A stretch of 63,447 nt of DNA, the filler included. It is 9 parts of 9 records of this genome, joined end to end, with 100 filler letters (N's around TTAATTAATTAA, not from the genome) between each part and the next. Parts side by side here need not be neighbours in the genome. Positions count along the whole stretch, not along the records: positions 18,312 to 26,707 come from SRR31147125_69483; positions 26,808 to 32,192 come from SRR31147125_69492; 7 more parts are not named here. The stretch is one strand, 5' to 3'. A program made the translations under genes and the position numbers. The notes beneath the pieces are model-generated. The model saw only the letters and a program-made list of their open reading frames with translations. It had not been told where the DNA came from and searched no databases. How positions within the stretch are numbered: position 1 is the first letter of the stretch; each line of letters opens with the position of its first letter. Shown in pieces: positions 20,133 to 30,353 of this stretch.

Positions 20133-20434
20133 TTATTCTTCTCCGTCAGACGTTTAAACGCGATTTCATAGCCGTCCGCGCCGTACATCAGGCTGCGGTT
20201 AACACGGCTGATCGTCGCTGAGGACGCGCCTGTCTGCTCTAAAATGCTGTTATAGATATGGCCTTGATTTAGAAGAACGGCCACCTGATAGCGCTGCTCC
20301 ATGGCGCGCAGCTCCGTGACCGAGCACAGATCGTCAAAAAAACGAATGCATTCGTCAACGGTCTCCAGCGTCAGGATCGCCTCGTACATTTCCGTATTTC
20401 TGTCTTTTTTATTATTTTTAGGACTTTTATTCAT
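20129..20434 (-). CDS. yerC: YerC/YecD TrpR-like DNA-binding protein
   Basis: FFDDLCSVTEL..QR and TGASSATISRVNRSL.YG; start placed at ATG 20434 behind GAGG. Confidence 0.88.
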   Translation of the reverse strand: MNKSPKNNKKDRNTEMYEAILTLETVDECIRFFDDLCSVTELRAMEQRYQVAVLLNQGHIYNSILEQTGASSATISRVNRSLMYGADGYEIAFKRLTEKNK

Positions 20435-20704
20435 AACAACCTCACATGAAACCCCGCATGCGCTCATGGCGCCTGGTGCTGCCTGCGACTGAATTTACAC
20501 GACTTTTCGCCCCGGCACAACATTTCTGCCTGTCCGTTTACAGCGTTTACGATAAAATCAGAATATCTCCAAAATGACTCTTACTATAATATTTTACCAT
20601 CGTTACATTTCTTATAGTACAGCACTAAAGCATTAAAGTAAAGAGTTTTTTTAACGCTTTTCACCCTGCCGTCATATTGTAAATGGAAGGGGCGTGATTG
20701 ATTC

Positions 20705-21361
20705 ATGATGCGTATTACGGAAGGCCGCATTGCTGAAGAGCTTACCTATGAAGATATCGCCATGGTTACGGCCGATTTTCGCTATCCGATCGTCGAAAGC
20801 GGGAACGGAAAAGCAGATAAACGGATCAACAACTACTACCGTCGCATCGCCAGAACGCTGCTGCGGCGCGCCAAATTTGAGCTTCTGCCCGATGCTGTCG
20901 ACGAGTGGCGCTTTGCCTCTGAAAATGCTTATCCGTTCCGTCCGTTTGAAATTGTCATGAAATACACTGTCACTGAAAACAATGACGACATCCTCAGTCT
21001 CTACTACGATGTATACGAATACACCGGCGGTGCGCACGGCACGACAAAACGAAACGGCGATACCTGGCGCGCTCGGACCGGCTGGTTTATGGAGCTGTCG
21101 GATTTCTTTCCGCATGGTGTTAATTATAAACGCATTTTAACCGACAATGCCATTAAAATCGCATCAGAGCAGATTGCCGCCGGCACGCATCAGTATTTTG
21201 ACAACTATCCCAAGCTCATTAAGAAATATTTCAGTCCGTCTAAATTTTACATACTGCCGTCGGTTATTTCAACCTTTTATGACCAGTACGCCATCGCCCC
21301 CGGTTACGAGGGCACGCCGGTTTTCGAGTATGAGCGGCCAGCACTGCAGCCTGAGGAATAA
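20705..21361 (+). CDS. DUF3298/DUF4163 (RsiV/PdaC-like) protein
   Basis: YEYTGGAHGTT, FY..YAIAPGYEG.P.F. Confidence 0.8.
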   Translation: MMRITEGRIAEELTYEDIAMVTADFRYPIVESGNGKADKRINNYYRRIARTLLRRAKFELLPDAVDEWRFASENAYPFRPFEIVMKYTVTENNDDILSLYYDVYEYTGGAHGTTKRNGDTWRARTGWFMELSDFFPHGVNYKRILTDNAIKIASEQIAAGTHQYFDNYPKLIKKYFSPSKFYILPSVISTFYDQYAIAPGYEGTPVFEYERPALQPEE

Positions 21362-21391
21362 TATCCTTTACGCATTTTCTAACGCATTGTT

Positions 21392-21439
21392 AAAATAATA
21401 GACCATAGATGAAGTCTATGGTCTATTTTTCATTTTTTT
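21392..21439. terminator. Bidirectional terminator between convergent genes
   Basis: AATAGACCATAGA..TCTATGGTCTATT stem flanked by A-rich and T-rich tails. Confidence 0.8.
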
Positions 21440-21480
21440 GTCAACGCGCTTATTTATACGCGCCAAACGCTTACAAAGCC

Positions 21481-22453
21481 TTAACTCATCAACGCGTCCT
21501 GCATCATGCACGCGTCCTCGTCGAGGCCTTTTTTCATGTTAAGCGCCTCCTCCAGGTCATAATCAACGCATTTTTCACCGTTCATGCATACGGCCCGGTT
21601 GAAGATACCGTCGGCCAGCAGATGAACGGCTTTATAGCCCATACGCGATGCCGTTACGCGGTCGCGGACAAGCGGTGTACCGCCGCGCTGGATATGGCCA
21701 AGCGTCGTCACGCGCGTTTCAACGCCGGTAGTCTGCTTGATCTTCGCGGCCACGTCGTGGGCTGAGCCGGCCTTCGGCGACGATGACTGTGAAATGGTCT
21801 TGTCCCTCAAGCCGGGCGTTCCGGATACGGTCGGCAACATCGGTCTCGAAATCCGTCTCCTCCTCCGGTATAAGCGTCACGGTCGCACCCGTGGCGATAC
21901 CCACGTTAAGCGCGAGATGGCCGGCCCGGTGTCCCATGACCTCGACAACGGAGCACCGTTCGTGGGACTGCATGGTGTCGTCCAGCTTGTCCACGGCGTC
22001 AATAGCCGTATTGCAGGCCGTGTCAAAGCCGATGGTATACGTTGTGCACCCGATGTCGTTATCGATCGTGCCCGGCAGACAGACAACCGGTATACCGTGC
22101 TGGGAGAGCGCCAGCGCACCCCGGTACGACCCGTCGCCGCCAATAATGACAAGGCCCTCGATCCCCATAAACCGGCAGTTGTCGGCCCCGCGCTTCTGGC
22201 CTTTTTTAGTCATAAACTCCGGGCTTCTCGCTGTGTACAGCCGCGTGCCGCCGAGAGCCGTGATTTCATTGACATCTTCCGCCGTCATCGGCACGATGTC
22301 GCCGCTTATGAGTCCGTTGTAACCGCGCCGAACACCGACGCATTCAATCCCCATATGGATCGAAGTCAAGACAACGGCCCGTATGGCCGCGTTCATACCC
22401 GGGGCGTCGCCGCCGGATGTTAATACACCGATTCTTTTAACTTTACTTGCCAT
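21481..22453 (-). CDS. pfkA: ATP-dependent 6-phosphofructokinase, frameshift at ~21770
   Basis: LTSGGDAPGMNAAIR, GGDGS, PGTIDND, VEVMG; the C-terminal LGHIQRGG lies in another frame after VAEG. Confidence 0.93.
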
Positions 22454-22469
22454 TTTCTGCACCCCACTT

Positions 22470-23135
22470 TTATCTGTATAGGAAGCCGCTCTGATCCGAG
22501 ACGCCGATACGGGTGAAAAACGCGAAGTCCGGCACTTGAGCTCCGGGAAGGTGCGTCTTGGCCGCCTCGATAATGTATTTTGGGTTAAGCGACGGCTCCT
22601 GAGCGGATATCTCCGCACGCAGGAAAATCTCGCTTTCGCCGGCTTGTTCAAACGCGATGCGCTTGATACACGGTATAATGTCGAAATCGGCCTCACCCCT
22701 TTTGGTCTTTTTCCTTAGGATGAGTTTTTCGGCCTTAAATAATTCTGCCAGTTCTTCGGCCGTACCGGACGGTACACCGTTGTCATAGCTCAGCCGGCCT
22801 TCGATTTCAAGCCACTTAATTTCTGAAAATTTCCGTACCGGCTCATAGACCTCCAGCACGGTAATCCCTTCCGGCAGTACGCCCGTCAGTCGAGCGGCCA
22901 GCTCTGGTGGTTCCGCATCGCCGTCCAGCTGAAAGTCCAGCAGCTCGCAACGGCTTTCCGTTCCGACGGACAACGGGAGCGCAAACGACATGATCGGATG
23001 CGGATTAAAGCCTTCCGAATGTTTAAGGCGGACATCCGTCCGCAGAAACGCACGCTGGAAAGTGCGCATCAGATCCAGATGAGACAGGAATTTGGCTCGT
23101 CCCGTTTTCGTAAATAATATACGCCGTTTAAGCAT
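22470..23135 (-). CDS. TIGR03936-family radical SAM-associated protein (DUF2344)
   Basis: FLSHLDLMRTFQRAF..SEGFNPHP; overlaps the radical SAM gene. Confidence 0.88.
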   Translation of the reverse strand: MLKRRILFTKTGRAKFLSHLDLMRTFQRAFLRTDVRLKHSEGFNPHPIMSFALPLSVGTESRCELLDFQLDGDAEPPELAARLTGVLPEGITVLEVYEPVRKFSEIKWLEIEGRLSYDNGVPSGTAEELAELFKAEKLILRKKTKRGEADFDIIPCIKRIAFEQAGESEIFLRAEISAQEPSLNPKYIIEAAKTHLPGAQVPDFAFFTRIGVSDQSGFLYR

Positions 23136-24963
23136 CGCACGCGCCTCCTTCCAAAAACGCGGACGCGCCGCAGCCGGTGCATTGCTTTCGGCAGTCCGGC
23201 GTCATCTCATTTTGATAGGCGGCGTTTCGCTCGCGCCAGAGGTACGCCTCGCCAACGCCGACCGAGGTGACCCGCCATGGCAGTATTTCTCCGTATGCGC
23301 GCTCCCGGTGGGCGTAAAACGACGGGTCCAGCCCGCAGGCCTCAAAGGCGTTTATCCAGCGCTCAAAACTAAAGCACTCGTCCCACGCGTCAAGGCGTCC
23401 ACCGTTTTTAACAATGGTCTCAAGCACGCGGCCAAGCCGCCGGTCGCCCCGCGCCAGTACAGCCTCGATCATGCTGGTTTCTTTATCGTGCCAGTTATAG
23501 CGGATAGCACGTGAACGCATATTCTCACGTAATAGCGTGACGCGCCGCTCGTATTCCTCCGGCGCAACCTGGCTTTCCCATTGAAACGGCGTATGCGGCT
23601 TGGGTATGAAACACGATGTACTGACCGTAATTTTAACGCCGCGGCTTTTATTGGCGGCATACCGCTTCCAGGTCTGAAGGACTTTTTCGCTGAGCTCAGC
23701 TATACCCAGCACGTCCTCGTCCGTTTCCGTAGGCAGCCCCAGCATAAAGTACAGCTTTACGCTGTTCCATCCGCCTTCGAAGGCGATACGACAGGTGGAC
23801 AGCAGGTCATCCTCCGTAACGTTTTTATTAATGGCGTCACGCAGGCGCTGTGTACCGGCCTCGGGCGCAAACGTCAGCCCCGCCTTTCGGACCTGCTGCG
23901 CTTTTTCCATCAGCTCGATGGAAAAATTATCGGCCCGCAGCGACGGCAGAGACAAGCTTGTATTGCGCGGCCGGCACCAGTCTAAAAGGCCGTCGCACAG
24001 CTCGTCGAGCTCCTTATAATCGCTGGTGCTCAAGGACGACAGCGTAATCTCCTCATATCCGGCGTGCTTCAAGGCCTCAATGCCGTACGCTGTCAGCTTG
24101 TCCGCTGATCGAGCGCGCACCGGCCGGTAGGCATATCCCGCCTGACAGAAACGACAGCCGCGGATACAGCCGCGAAAGAGCTCCAATGCAACGCGGTCAT
24201 GCACAATCTCTGTGGAGGGCACGATGGTTTGGGCCGGGAAATACGACGCCTCAAAGTCCCCCACAATCCGCTTTTTAACTGGCAGCAGCGCACCGTCCTT
24301 CGGCTCAATTGCCCGGATTGTCCCATCCCCGTTATAGCTCACATCGTATAATACCGGTACATAAACGCCCTGTATTTTGGCGGCCTCTTTTAAAAATGCC
24401 AGCTTATCAAGGCCGCGTTTTTTGGCGTCCCGGTACAGTCCGATAACCTCGGTATTGACCTCCTCGCCCTCGCCGATAATAAACAGGTCAATAAAATCGG
24501 CCATCGGCTCGGGATTATACGCGCACGTACCGCCGGCAATCACAAGCGGCGCGAGCGTCGTCCGCTCCTCAGACCGCAGGGGGATGCCGGCCAGATCCAG
24601 CATATTGAGCACGTTCGTAAACGCCATCTCATAGCCGAGGGAAAACGCCACAATATCGAAGGCTTTCAGCGGATCTCCGCTTTCAAGAGCATATAAGGGC
24701 ATGTCGGCTTCGCGCAGGGCATCCTCCATATCGCACCAGGGTGCAAAGACGCGCTCGCACCAGACGCCTTCCTGCGCGTTTGCCAGTGCGTACAGGATCC
24801 GTATGCCGAGATTTGACATGCCGATTTCGTACGTATCGGGAAAACACAGCGCCACGCGCGTGTCTACCGTATTCTTATCCTTAATTGTCTCACCGTACTC
24901 GCCGCCCGTGTATCGGGCGGGTTTTTGTACGCTCATCAGTATTCGTTCCAGCTTTTTATCCAT
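23128..24963 (-). CDS. TIGR03960-family B12-binding radical SAM protein
   Basis: VQKPARYTGGE, FPDTYEIGMS, RGCIRGCRFCQAG (CxxxCxxC), C-terminal DCRKQCTGCG. Confidence 0.93.
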   Translation of the reverse strand: MDKKLERILMSVQKPARYTGGEYGETIKDKNTVDTRVALCFPDTYEIGMSNLGIRILYALANAQEGVWCERVFAPWCDMEDALREADMPLYALESGDPLKAFDIVAFSLGYEMAFTNVLNMLDLAGIPLRSEERTTLAPLVIAGGTCAYNPEPMADFIDLFIIGEGEEVNTEVIGLYRDAKKRGLDKLAFLKEAAKIQGVYVPVLYDVSYNGDGTIRAIEPKDGALLPVKKRIVGDFEASYFPAQTIVPSTEIVHDRVALELFRGCIRGCRFCQAGYAYRPVRARSADKLTAYGIEALKHAGYEEITLSSLSTSDYKELDELCDGLLDWCRPRNTSLSLPSLRADNFSIELMEKAQQVRKAGLTFAPEAGTQRLRDAINKNVTEDDLLSTCRIAFEGGWNSVKLYFMLGLPTETDEDVLGIAELSEKVLQTWKRYAANKSRGVKITVSTSCFIPKPHTPFQWESQVAPEEYERRVTLLRENMRSRAIRYNWHDKETSMIEAVLARGDRRLGRVLETIVKNGGRLDAWDECFSFERWINAFEACGLDPSFYAHRERAYGEILPWRVTSVGVGEAYLWRERNAAYQNEMTPDCRKQCTGCGASAFLEGGACDA

Positions 24964-25024
24964 GGTTCACATCCGACGCTTATTAATACCAATCACAAAT
25001 TAAGACCTGCAGCGCGCAGCTATT

Positions 25025-25654
25025 TCAGGATCTTATTTTTGTACTGGATTTCCTCAATTCTACATTAATACCGCTTCTTTTACAATAGCTGATAAAAAGC
25101 CACACCGCTGCTAACAGCAGCGTAAAGTTGATTTGTGTCTTGAAGAGAACCACGGCGCCGGTGATGAGCAGCGCGAAAATAACAATGCAGCTCGTCACGC
25201 ACAGGGCGCGTTCGGCAACGAAGGGGCCGAAGGGCAGCGCCAGCGCATTTAACAAAACACGTCCGCCGTCCAGCGGCCAGACGGGCAGCGCGTTGAAAAT
25301 CCCAAAAACAAAGCTGACGCCGGCCGCAAAATATAGCCCGGGCAGGCTAAAGGTCCGTCCCGCCAAAGACAGCAGCACGGCCAGCAGCATGCTCGCGGCC
25401 GGCCCGGCCGCCGCCGTTATAATTTCCCCAGCGTAAGACCGCGTCCCGCTGCAGGACATTTCAAAGCCCCAGGGCTCCAGTCTCAGCTCTGTGACATGCT
25501 GCCGGCACAAAACAAACGCCAGCATGTGACCGGCCTCGTGCGCGGCTGCAGCCACCAGCGCCCAGAGCAGAAGCGGCGCGTCTATAACAAACGCCGCTGT
25601 CAGTACCGCCAGCGCGGCGATACTGACCTTAAACCGCCCCAGCGCTAACACCAT
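25025..25654 (-). CDS. M50 intramembrane metalloprotease, SpoIVFB-like
   Basis: HEAGH, AAGP, FNALPVWPLDGG; follows an M23 gene as in spoIVFA-spoIVFB. Confidence 0.85.
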   Translation of the reverse strand: MVLALGRFKVSIAALAVLTAAFVIDAPLLLWALVAAAAHEAGHMLAFVLCRQHVTELRLEPWGFEMSCSGTRSYAGEIITAAAGPAASMLLAVLLSLAGRTFSLPGLYFAAGVSFVFGIFNALPVWPLDGGRVLLNALALPFGPFVAERALCVTSCIVIFALLITGAVVLFKTQINFTLLLAAVWLFISYCKRSGINVELRKSSTKIRS

Positions 25655-26616
25655 TGCATATAATAGTCGGGATTAACGTAAACCCCATTGACCTTCAATT
25701 CAAAATGAAGATGCGGATTCGTCGCGTCGCCCGTCATGCCAACGGCCGCGATTGTCTGTCCCATTTTAACGGCTTGTCCGTCCGTGACATAGACCTGGCT
25801 GCAGTGCGCATATTGTGATTCCACATTGCCGTGAATGAGTATGACGTATTTCCCCAGCGTATCGGTCTCGCCTGCTGATATGACCTTTCCATCGGCAAAT
25901 GCCGCGATCGGCGCGCCGCTTTCAGCCGCTATATCAACGCCGTAGTGAAAGCGGACCTCATCCTCTGTCGGATGTTCCCTGTAGCCGAATGGCGAAGACA
26001 CCACGCCGGCAAGCGGCGTGGTGTAATCAATCGTGAGCTTTGGCATGCTGTACGATACGCCGGCCGGTACCGCGTAATCGGAATACTGGCTTTGATCCTG
26101 CATAAAAGCGGCGATGACGGCGTCGGCAAACGTCTGGCCGGGCGAATCTGTCGCTTCGGCATCCTCTTCGTCCGCTTCGGCTTCATTGTCCGTAACGGCT
26201 GCATCGTCGTCTTCGCCAAAGACCGTTACGGTATCCTCAGACTGTCCGGATGTATCGTCGTCTCCCTGTGTTACTTCCACCTCATCCGACCCGGCGGGAA
26301 CAGACGAATCCTGCCCTGTAAACGCATAAGTAAACGCCTCGCCAAGCGCCGATGTAAATTTCTTTTCGCCGCTGATCCCCTCACCCAGCGTTGCCAGAGC
26401 CGCTCTGTAGTTCACGACGGTATTGAGCTTGTCGCCCACTGTTTCAAACGCGGCCGGAAAAATGAACTTCAGCAGGACCGCCGCCATAAACAACCCGATG
26501 CAAACATATAATTTTATCGCACTTCGCGACGAGCCTCCCTGCCGGTCTGTGGAGGAACCGGAACGGCGTCGGTGCGCCGTATGCTTCCGGCCGTTATACG
26601 GCCTGTACTTTTCCAA
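25645..26616 (-). CDS. Membrane-anchored M23 peptidase (SpoIVFA-like position)
   Basis: N-terminal TM helix, acidic linker, HYGVDIAA, YAHC, PHLHFE. Confidence 0.85.
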   Translation of the reverse strand: MEKYRPYNGRKHTAHRRRSGSSTDRQGGSSRSAIKLYVCIGLFMAAVLLKFIFPAAFETVGDKLNTVVNYRAALATLGEGISGEKKFTSALGEAFTYAFTGQDSSVPAGSDEVEVTQGDDDTSGQSEDTVTVFGEDDDAAVTDNEAEADEEDAEATDSPGQTFADAVIAAFMQDQSQYSDYAVPAGVSYSMPKLTIDYTTPLAGVVSSPFGYREHPTEDEVRFHYGVDIAAESGAPIAAFADGKVISAGETDTLGKYVILIHGNVESQYAHCSQVYVTDGQAVKMGQTIAAVGMTGDATNPHLHFELKVNGVYVNPDYYMQWC

Positions 26617-26707
26617 GCTGTGATCACCCCGCTATAGCTTTTCCAAACTGTATTGTATATGAACGTCATCTTAAGTCCATTATATTCCAATTTGTACGAG
26701 CATATGC

Positions 26708-26807
26708 NNNNNNNNNNNNNNNNNNNNNNNNNNNNNNNNNNNNNNNNNNNNTTAATTAATTAANNNNNNNNNNNNNNNNNNNNNNNNNNNNNNNNNNNNN
26801 NNNNNNN
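26708..26807. other. Artificial contig linker
   Basis: N44-TTAATTAATTAA-N44. Confidence 0.99.
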
Positions 26808-27190
26808 TGTCCATTGCCGATGAAGTTGGAGGTTATTTGCTGGTGTCAATAACCTTCCTTGGCCTTGGCTACACATGGAAAGAAGAGGGCCATGTACGGG
26901 TTGAATTGATCACCAACCTACTACCTGAGAAGATACGCAAACGTCTTCGCTTCGCTACCCTGATCATGGCCACCATTTTTTGCTTTCCCATGATTGCCGG
27001 CAGCTACAACCTGATTCAGGATTCACTGCTTTTCGAGGTGCGCAGCGGCAGTTGGATGCGAACACCGCTGGTTTATCCCCAATCATTTTTACTCATCGGC
27101 TCCCTGCTGCTGCTACTGCAACTGGTTGCGGAGATTATCAAGGCGATCATAGGTGGGGGTGCTTACGCCAAAGAGGAGGACAGTAACTGA
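26808..27190 (+). CDS. TRAP transporter small permease (DctQ), 5'-truncated
   Basis: DEVGGYLLV..FLGLGYT..EEGHVRVEL; upstream of DctM. Confidence 0.88.
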
Positions 27191-28494
27191 TGGGAACGGA
27201 AGTTATATTCGCCCTTGCCCTGGTCGCCGGGCTGTTTGTGCTCTTGGTGGCGGGACTTGAAATCGGATGGTCCGTGGGGGTGATCGCCGTGGTCGGACTG
27301 CTGTGGTATGTGGACCAGCCCATTGGACAGCTGGCCGAAACCGCATTCGGCTCCTTGAATTCCTTTACCCTGACGGCACTGCCGCTGTTCGTCTTCATGG
27401 GGGGGATCCTGGGCAACACCGGGGTCAATGAAAGGCTTTTCGGTGCCATTGAAAAATGGGTTGGGGGGCTTCCCGGGGGGCTGGCCTGTTCGGTCATCTG
27501 CGGAAATGCCGTTTTCGGTGCCATGTGCGGGTCCACCATCGCGGCCACCGCCACTTTCGGTAAAATCGCCTTTCCGGTAATGGAGAAAAAAGGCTATTCA
27601 CCTTCCTTTGCGTTGGGATCCATCGCCTCCGGCACGGTGCTCGCGCCGTTGATTCCGCCCAGCATCCTGTTGATTCTATATGGTGCCTGGCAGGGACTTT
27701 CCATCGTAGATTTGCTGGCGGCGGGATTGATTCCGGGCATCACCCTCACGGTGCTATTTATCCTGACCATCATCATCATCGTTAAACTGAATCCCAATTT
27801 GGCGCCACCGGCGATCAAGTTTAGCTGGCGCCAAAAAGCGATCGCCCTTTTGGAAGTCATGCCCTTCGTGGCTGTCATCCTGGGCGTGCTGGGGGCGATT
27901 TTCGGCGGTTTCATGACGCCCACCGAAGCCGCCGGCTTGGGCGCCTTCCTAAGCATCGTCTTGACCCTGGCCTATCGTCGGCTGACCTGGCAGATTGTGC
28001 AAAAGAGTCTTTTGGATACGGTCAAGGTCACCTCCTTTCCATTGTTCATCATGGCCATGTCGACCCTCATGTCGCATGTCTTCAACTCCGCCGGCATCAT
28101 TCCCTTGATCAAAGACTTCGTCATCGCCTTGCCCATCGGCAAAACCGGTATCATGGTACTCTTTTTTATCATGTATTTCATCCCAGGCATGTTCTTCGAT
28201 TCATGGTCCATGCTGTTTTTAACCTTTCCCTTTGTCATGCCGGTGATCATCGGTCTCGATATCAACCCCATCTGGTGGGGGATCGTCTATGTCATGGCCG
28301 GCGAGCAGAGCACGATCACCCCGCCATTCGGGCTCTCGCTTTTTGTGCTGCGCGGCGTGGTGCCCTGGCATAGCATGGGCACGATCATCCGCGGAGCCTT
28401 GCCGTTTTTGATTCCCATATACATAAACGTGATTCTTTTGTTCCTATTCCCGCAATTTGCGCTGTGGCTGCCCAGCGTTCTCAAGGGCGGATGA
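27190..28494 (+). CDS. TRAP transporter large permease (DctM)
   Basis: ALPLFVFMG, LPGGLA, LIPPS, TPTEAA, ITPPFGL. Confidence 0.93.
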   Translation: MGTEVIFALALVAGLFVLLVAGLEIGWSVGVIAVVGLLWYVDQPIGQLAETAFGSLNSFTLTALPLFVFMGGILGNTGVNERLFGAIEKWVGGLPGGLACSVICGNAVFGAMCGSTIAATATFGKIAFPVMEKKGYSPSFALGSIASGTVLAPLIPPSILLILYGAWQGLSIVDLLAAGLIPGITLTVLFILTIIIIVKLNPNLAPPAIKFSWRQKAIALLEVMPFVAVILGVLGAIFGGFMTPTEAAGLGAFLSIVLTLAYRRLTWQIVQKSLLDTVKVTSFPLFIMAMSTLMSHVFNSAGIIPLIKDFVIALPIGKTGIMVLFFIMYFIPGMFFDSWSMLFLTFPFVMPVIIGLDINPIWWGIVYVMAGEQSTITPPFGLSLFVLRGVVPWHSMGTIIRGALPFLIPIYINVILLFLFPQFALWLPSVLKGG

Positions 28495-28569
28495 TCGGAA
28501 CCGATCTACGGTTGATCGCTGGTGGGCGGCAAACGGGAAGCGGAACAGGGTCATCATTTATTACGGATA

Positions 28570-28801
28570 AGGATCTTTATTCCAATTTTGGGAGATGAAA
28601 AGACGAATGCGGCCGGGAAAGTCGTTATTGGAACCGTGAAGGGGGATCTGCACGATATCGGCAAGAATCTTGTGTCGATGATGATGTCCAGCCCGGGCTT
28701 TGAAATGGTTGACCCAGGCGTTCAGCAATGAAATCGGCGCTGATGGATATGCCGAGGATGCCGGTTCGGCAGTCAGGCTGGCCAAGACATTGCTTCAATA
28801 G
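28570..28801 (+). pseudogene. Corrinoid (B12-binding) protein remnant with an internal deletion
   Basis: GKVVIGTVKGDLHDIGKNLV..GFEMVD joined out of frame to LTQAFSNEIGADGYAEDAGSAVRLAK; the cap domain and middle of the domain are missing. Confidence 0.85.
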
Positions 28802-28892
28802 TGTTGATCGCCGTTTCCAAGACCGACGAGGCTATTCCAGCGACTCCCGGATAACCAAGGAGGGGAACCGATAAGGATAATGCCGTTCATCC

Positions 28893-28920
28893 ATCAAGGG
28901 CCGTGCCAGCGGCCCTTGAT
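28893..28920. terminator. Stem-loop downstream of the corrinoid remnant
   Basis: ATCAAGGGCCG-N6-CGGCCCTTGAT; no clear U-tract. Confidence 0.45.
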
Positions 28921-29072
28921 CGTTGTAAACCGACCTGTCTTGAATCAGTAAACACAGCGGCTATAACTGTTTTAATTACAAATCGTCCATGCTATATCCT
29001 ACTGCCTGGAATAAACGAACGAAAAGAAGTATCGGCCTATATCAAGGACACAAGGCAAAACGGCGAGAGATA

Positions 29073-30340
29073 ATGAAAGCCTGCCATACAATTCTACTTG
29101 CCATAACCGTGATGGCTTTGATTTTTTGCCCGTGTGCCTTAGCCGGCGATCAGGCCATCAGGATCGGTGTGCCCACGCCCCTTACCGGGACCTATGCATT
29201 CGATGCATTGGGATACCGGCAATGCCTGGAGTTTGCCGTCGAGGAGATCAATGCCCGGGGGGGTTGCTGGGTAAACGACTGGAAATGGTCTCCTACGATA
29301 TCGGCGTCTTTTCGCCGGAAAAAATGTTGGCAGCGGCCGTCGTCCTCATCGAACAGGAAAAAGTGGATGCCGTCCATGCCGGATGGTCCGGGTGGGGCCA
29401 GAATGTACGGGCCTTCGGCAAGTATCCGGTCCCAACCTTCTTCGCCGATGCCTCCATCGCTTCGATTCAGGTTTATCGCAAGAACCTGCGGCAATATGCG
29501 AATATCTTTCAAATGTGCGAGGTGGAAGGGCCGCTGGCAGTGGGTGTTCTGGATATGATGAACGTCTTTCCGTATCAATATCAGAATCGAAAGATCGTCG
29601 TTATCGCCTCAGATGACGAGTGGGGCTACCGCGTGGGCAGTGCGATCCTTACCCATGCCAGCCAGAAGGGCTGGAATGTGGCCATGCATGAGGTCGTTCC
29701 CTATGGTATCCGGGACTGGGATGCCCTGTTGGCCAAGATACGAAAAATCAATCCGGCCTGGATCCATTTTGAAGTGGTGAATCCGGCCGACGCTATCGCC
29801 TTTATTCGCCAATTCAAGAAGGCGCCCACCCGCTCCCTGATCAATCTCGGATATGGATTGATGCCCCCGGCGCTGATCAAGACCTTGGGGGAAGAGGCCA
29901 ATGGCGTTTTGGGTAAGGTGGTTTTTACCATGCCCCTGCCCGATGGCCTCACCTCGCAAGCAGGGGCATGGCTGGAAAAATTTCGTGCCCGATATGGTAA
30001 CAGTCCCATGGCTGCCGGCTATGTGTCCTATGTCAGCCTTAAAATGTGGGCCGCGGCGGTACGGCAAGTGGGGGATGAAAAAGCCTACGGCAGTATTAAC
30101 CGGGTACTGAGCAAGATGACTTATCAATGCATCGCTGGTGGCGTCTGGGCTTTCGACCGCGACCATAAAATCCCCATGTCGAAAAATACCCCCATGTTGG
30201 GCATGCAGGTTCAAGACGGGGAGGTCGTGACGATCTGCAAGGTGGCCGGTGATACTGAAAGGGTTCGTTCTTTTCAAGTTCCACCCTGGATTGTCTCCTC
30301 CCCCGGTGAAAAGGTCCCGCCCGGTGATACGGATAAATAA
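29073..30340 (+). CDS. Periplasmic binding protein, LivJ/branched-chain amino acid type, frameshift in a G-run
   Basis: Signal peptide, IRIGVPTPLTG, AVEEINARGGLLGK (needs G8; G7 is seen at 29257-29263). Confidence 0.85.
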
Positions 30341-30353
30341 CAAATCGCCGAAC

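Noticed and set aside
20530-20645. Possible YerC/HisR operator half-sites (TAAAGTA and similar)
   Set aside because: Only one good half-site; the dyads are too degenerate in an AT-rich region.
26640-26700. Possible sigma-E promoter for the spoIVF-like pair
   Set aside because: A -10-like ATACAAT is present but no -35 at convincing spacing, and the contig ends nearby.
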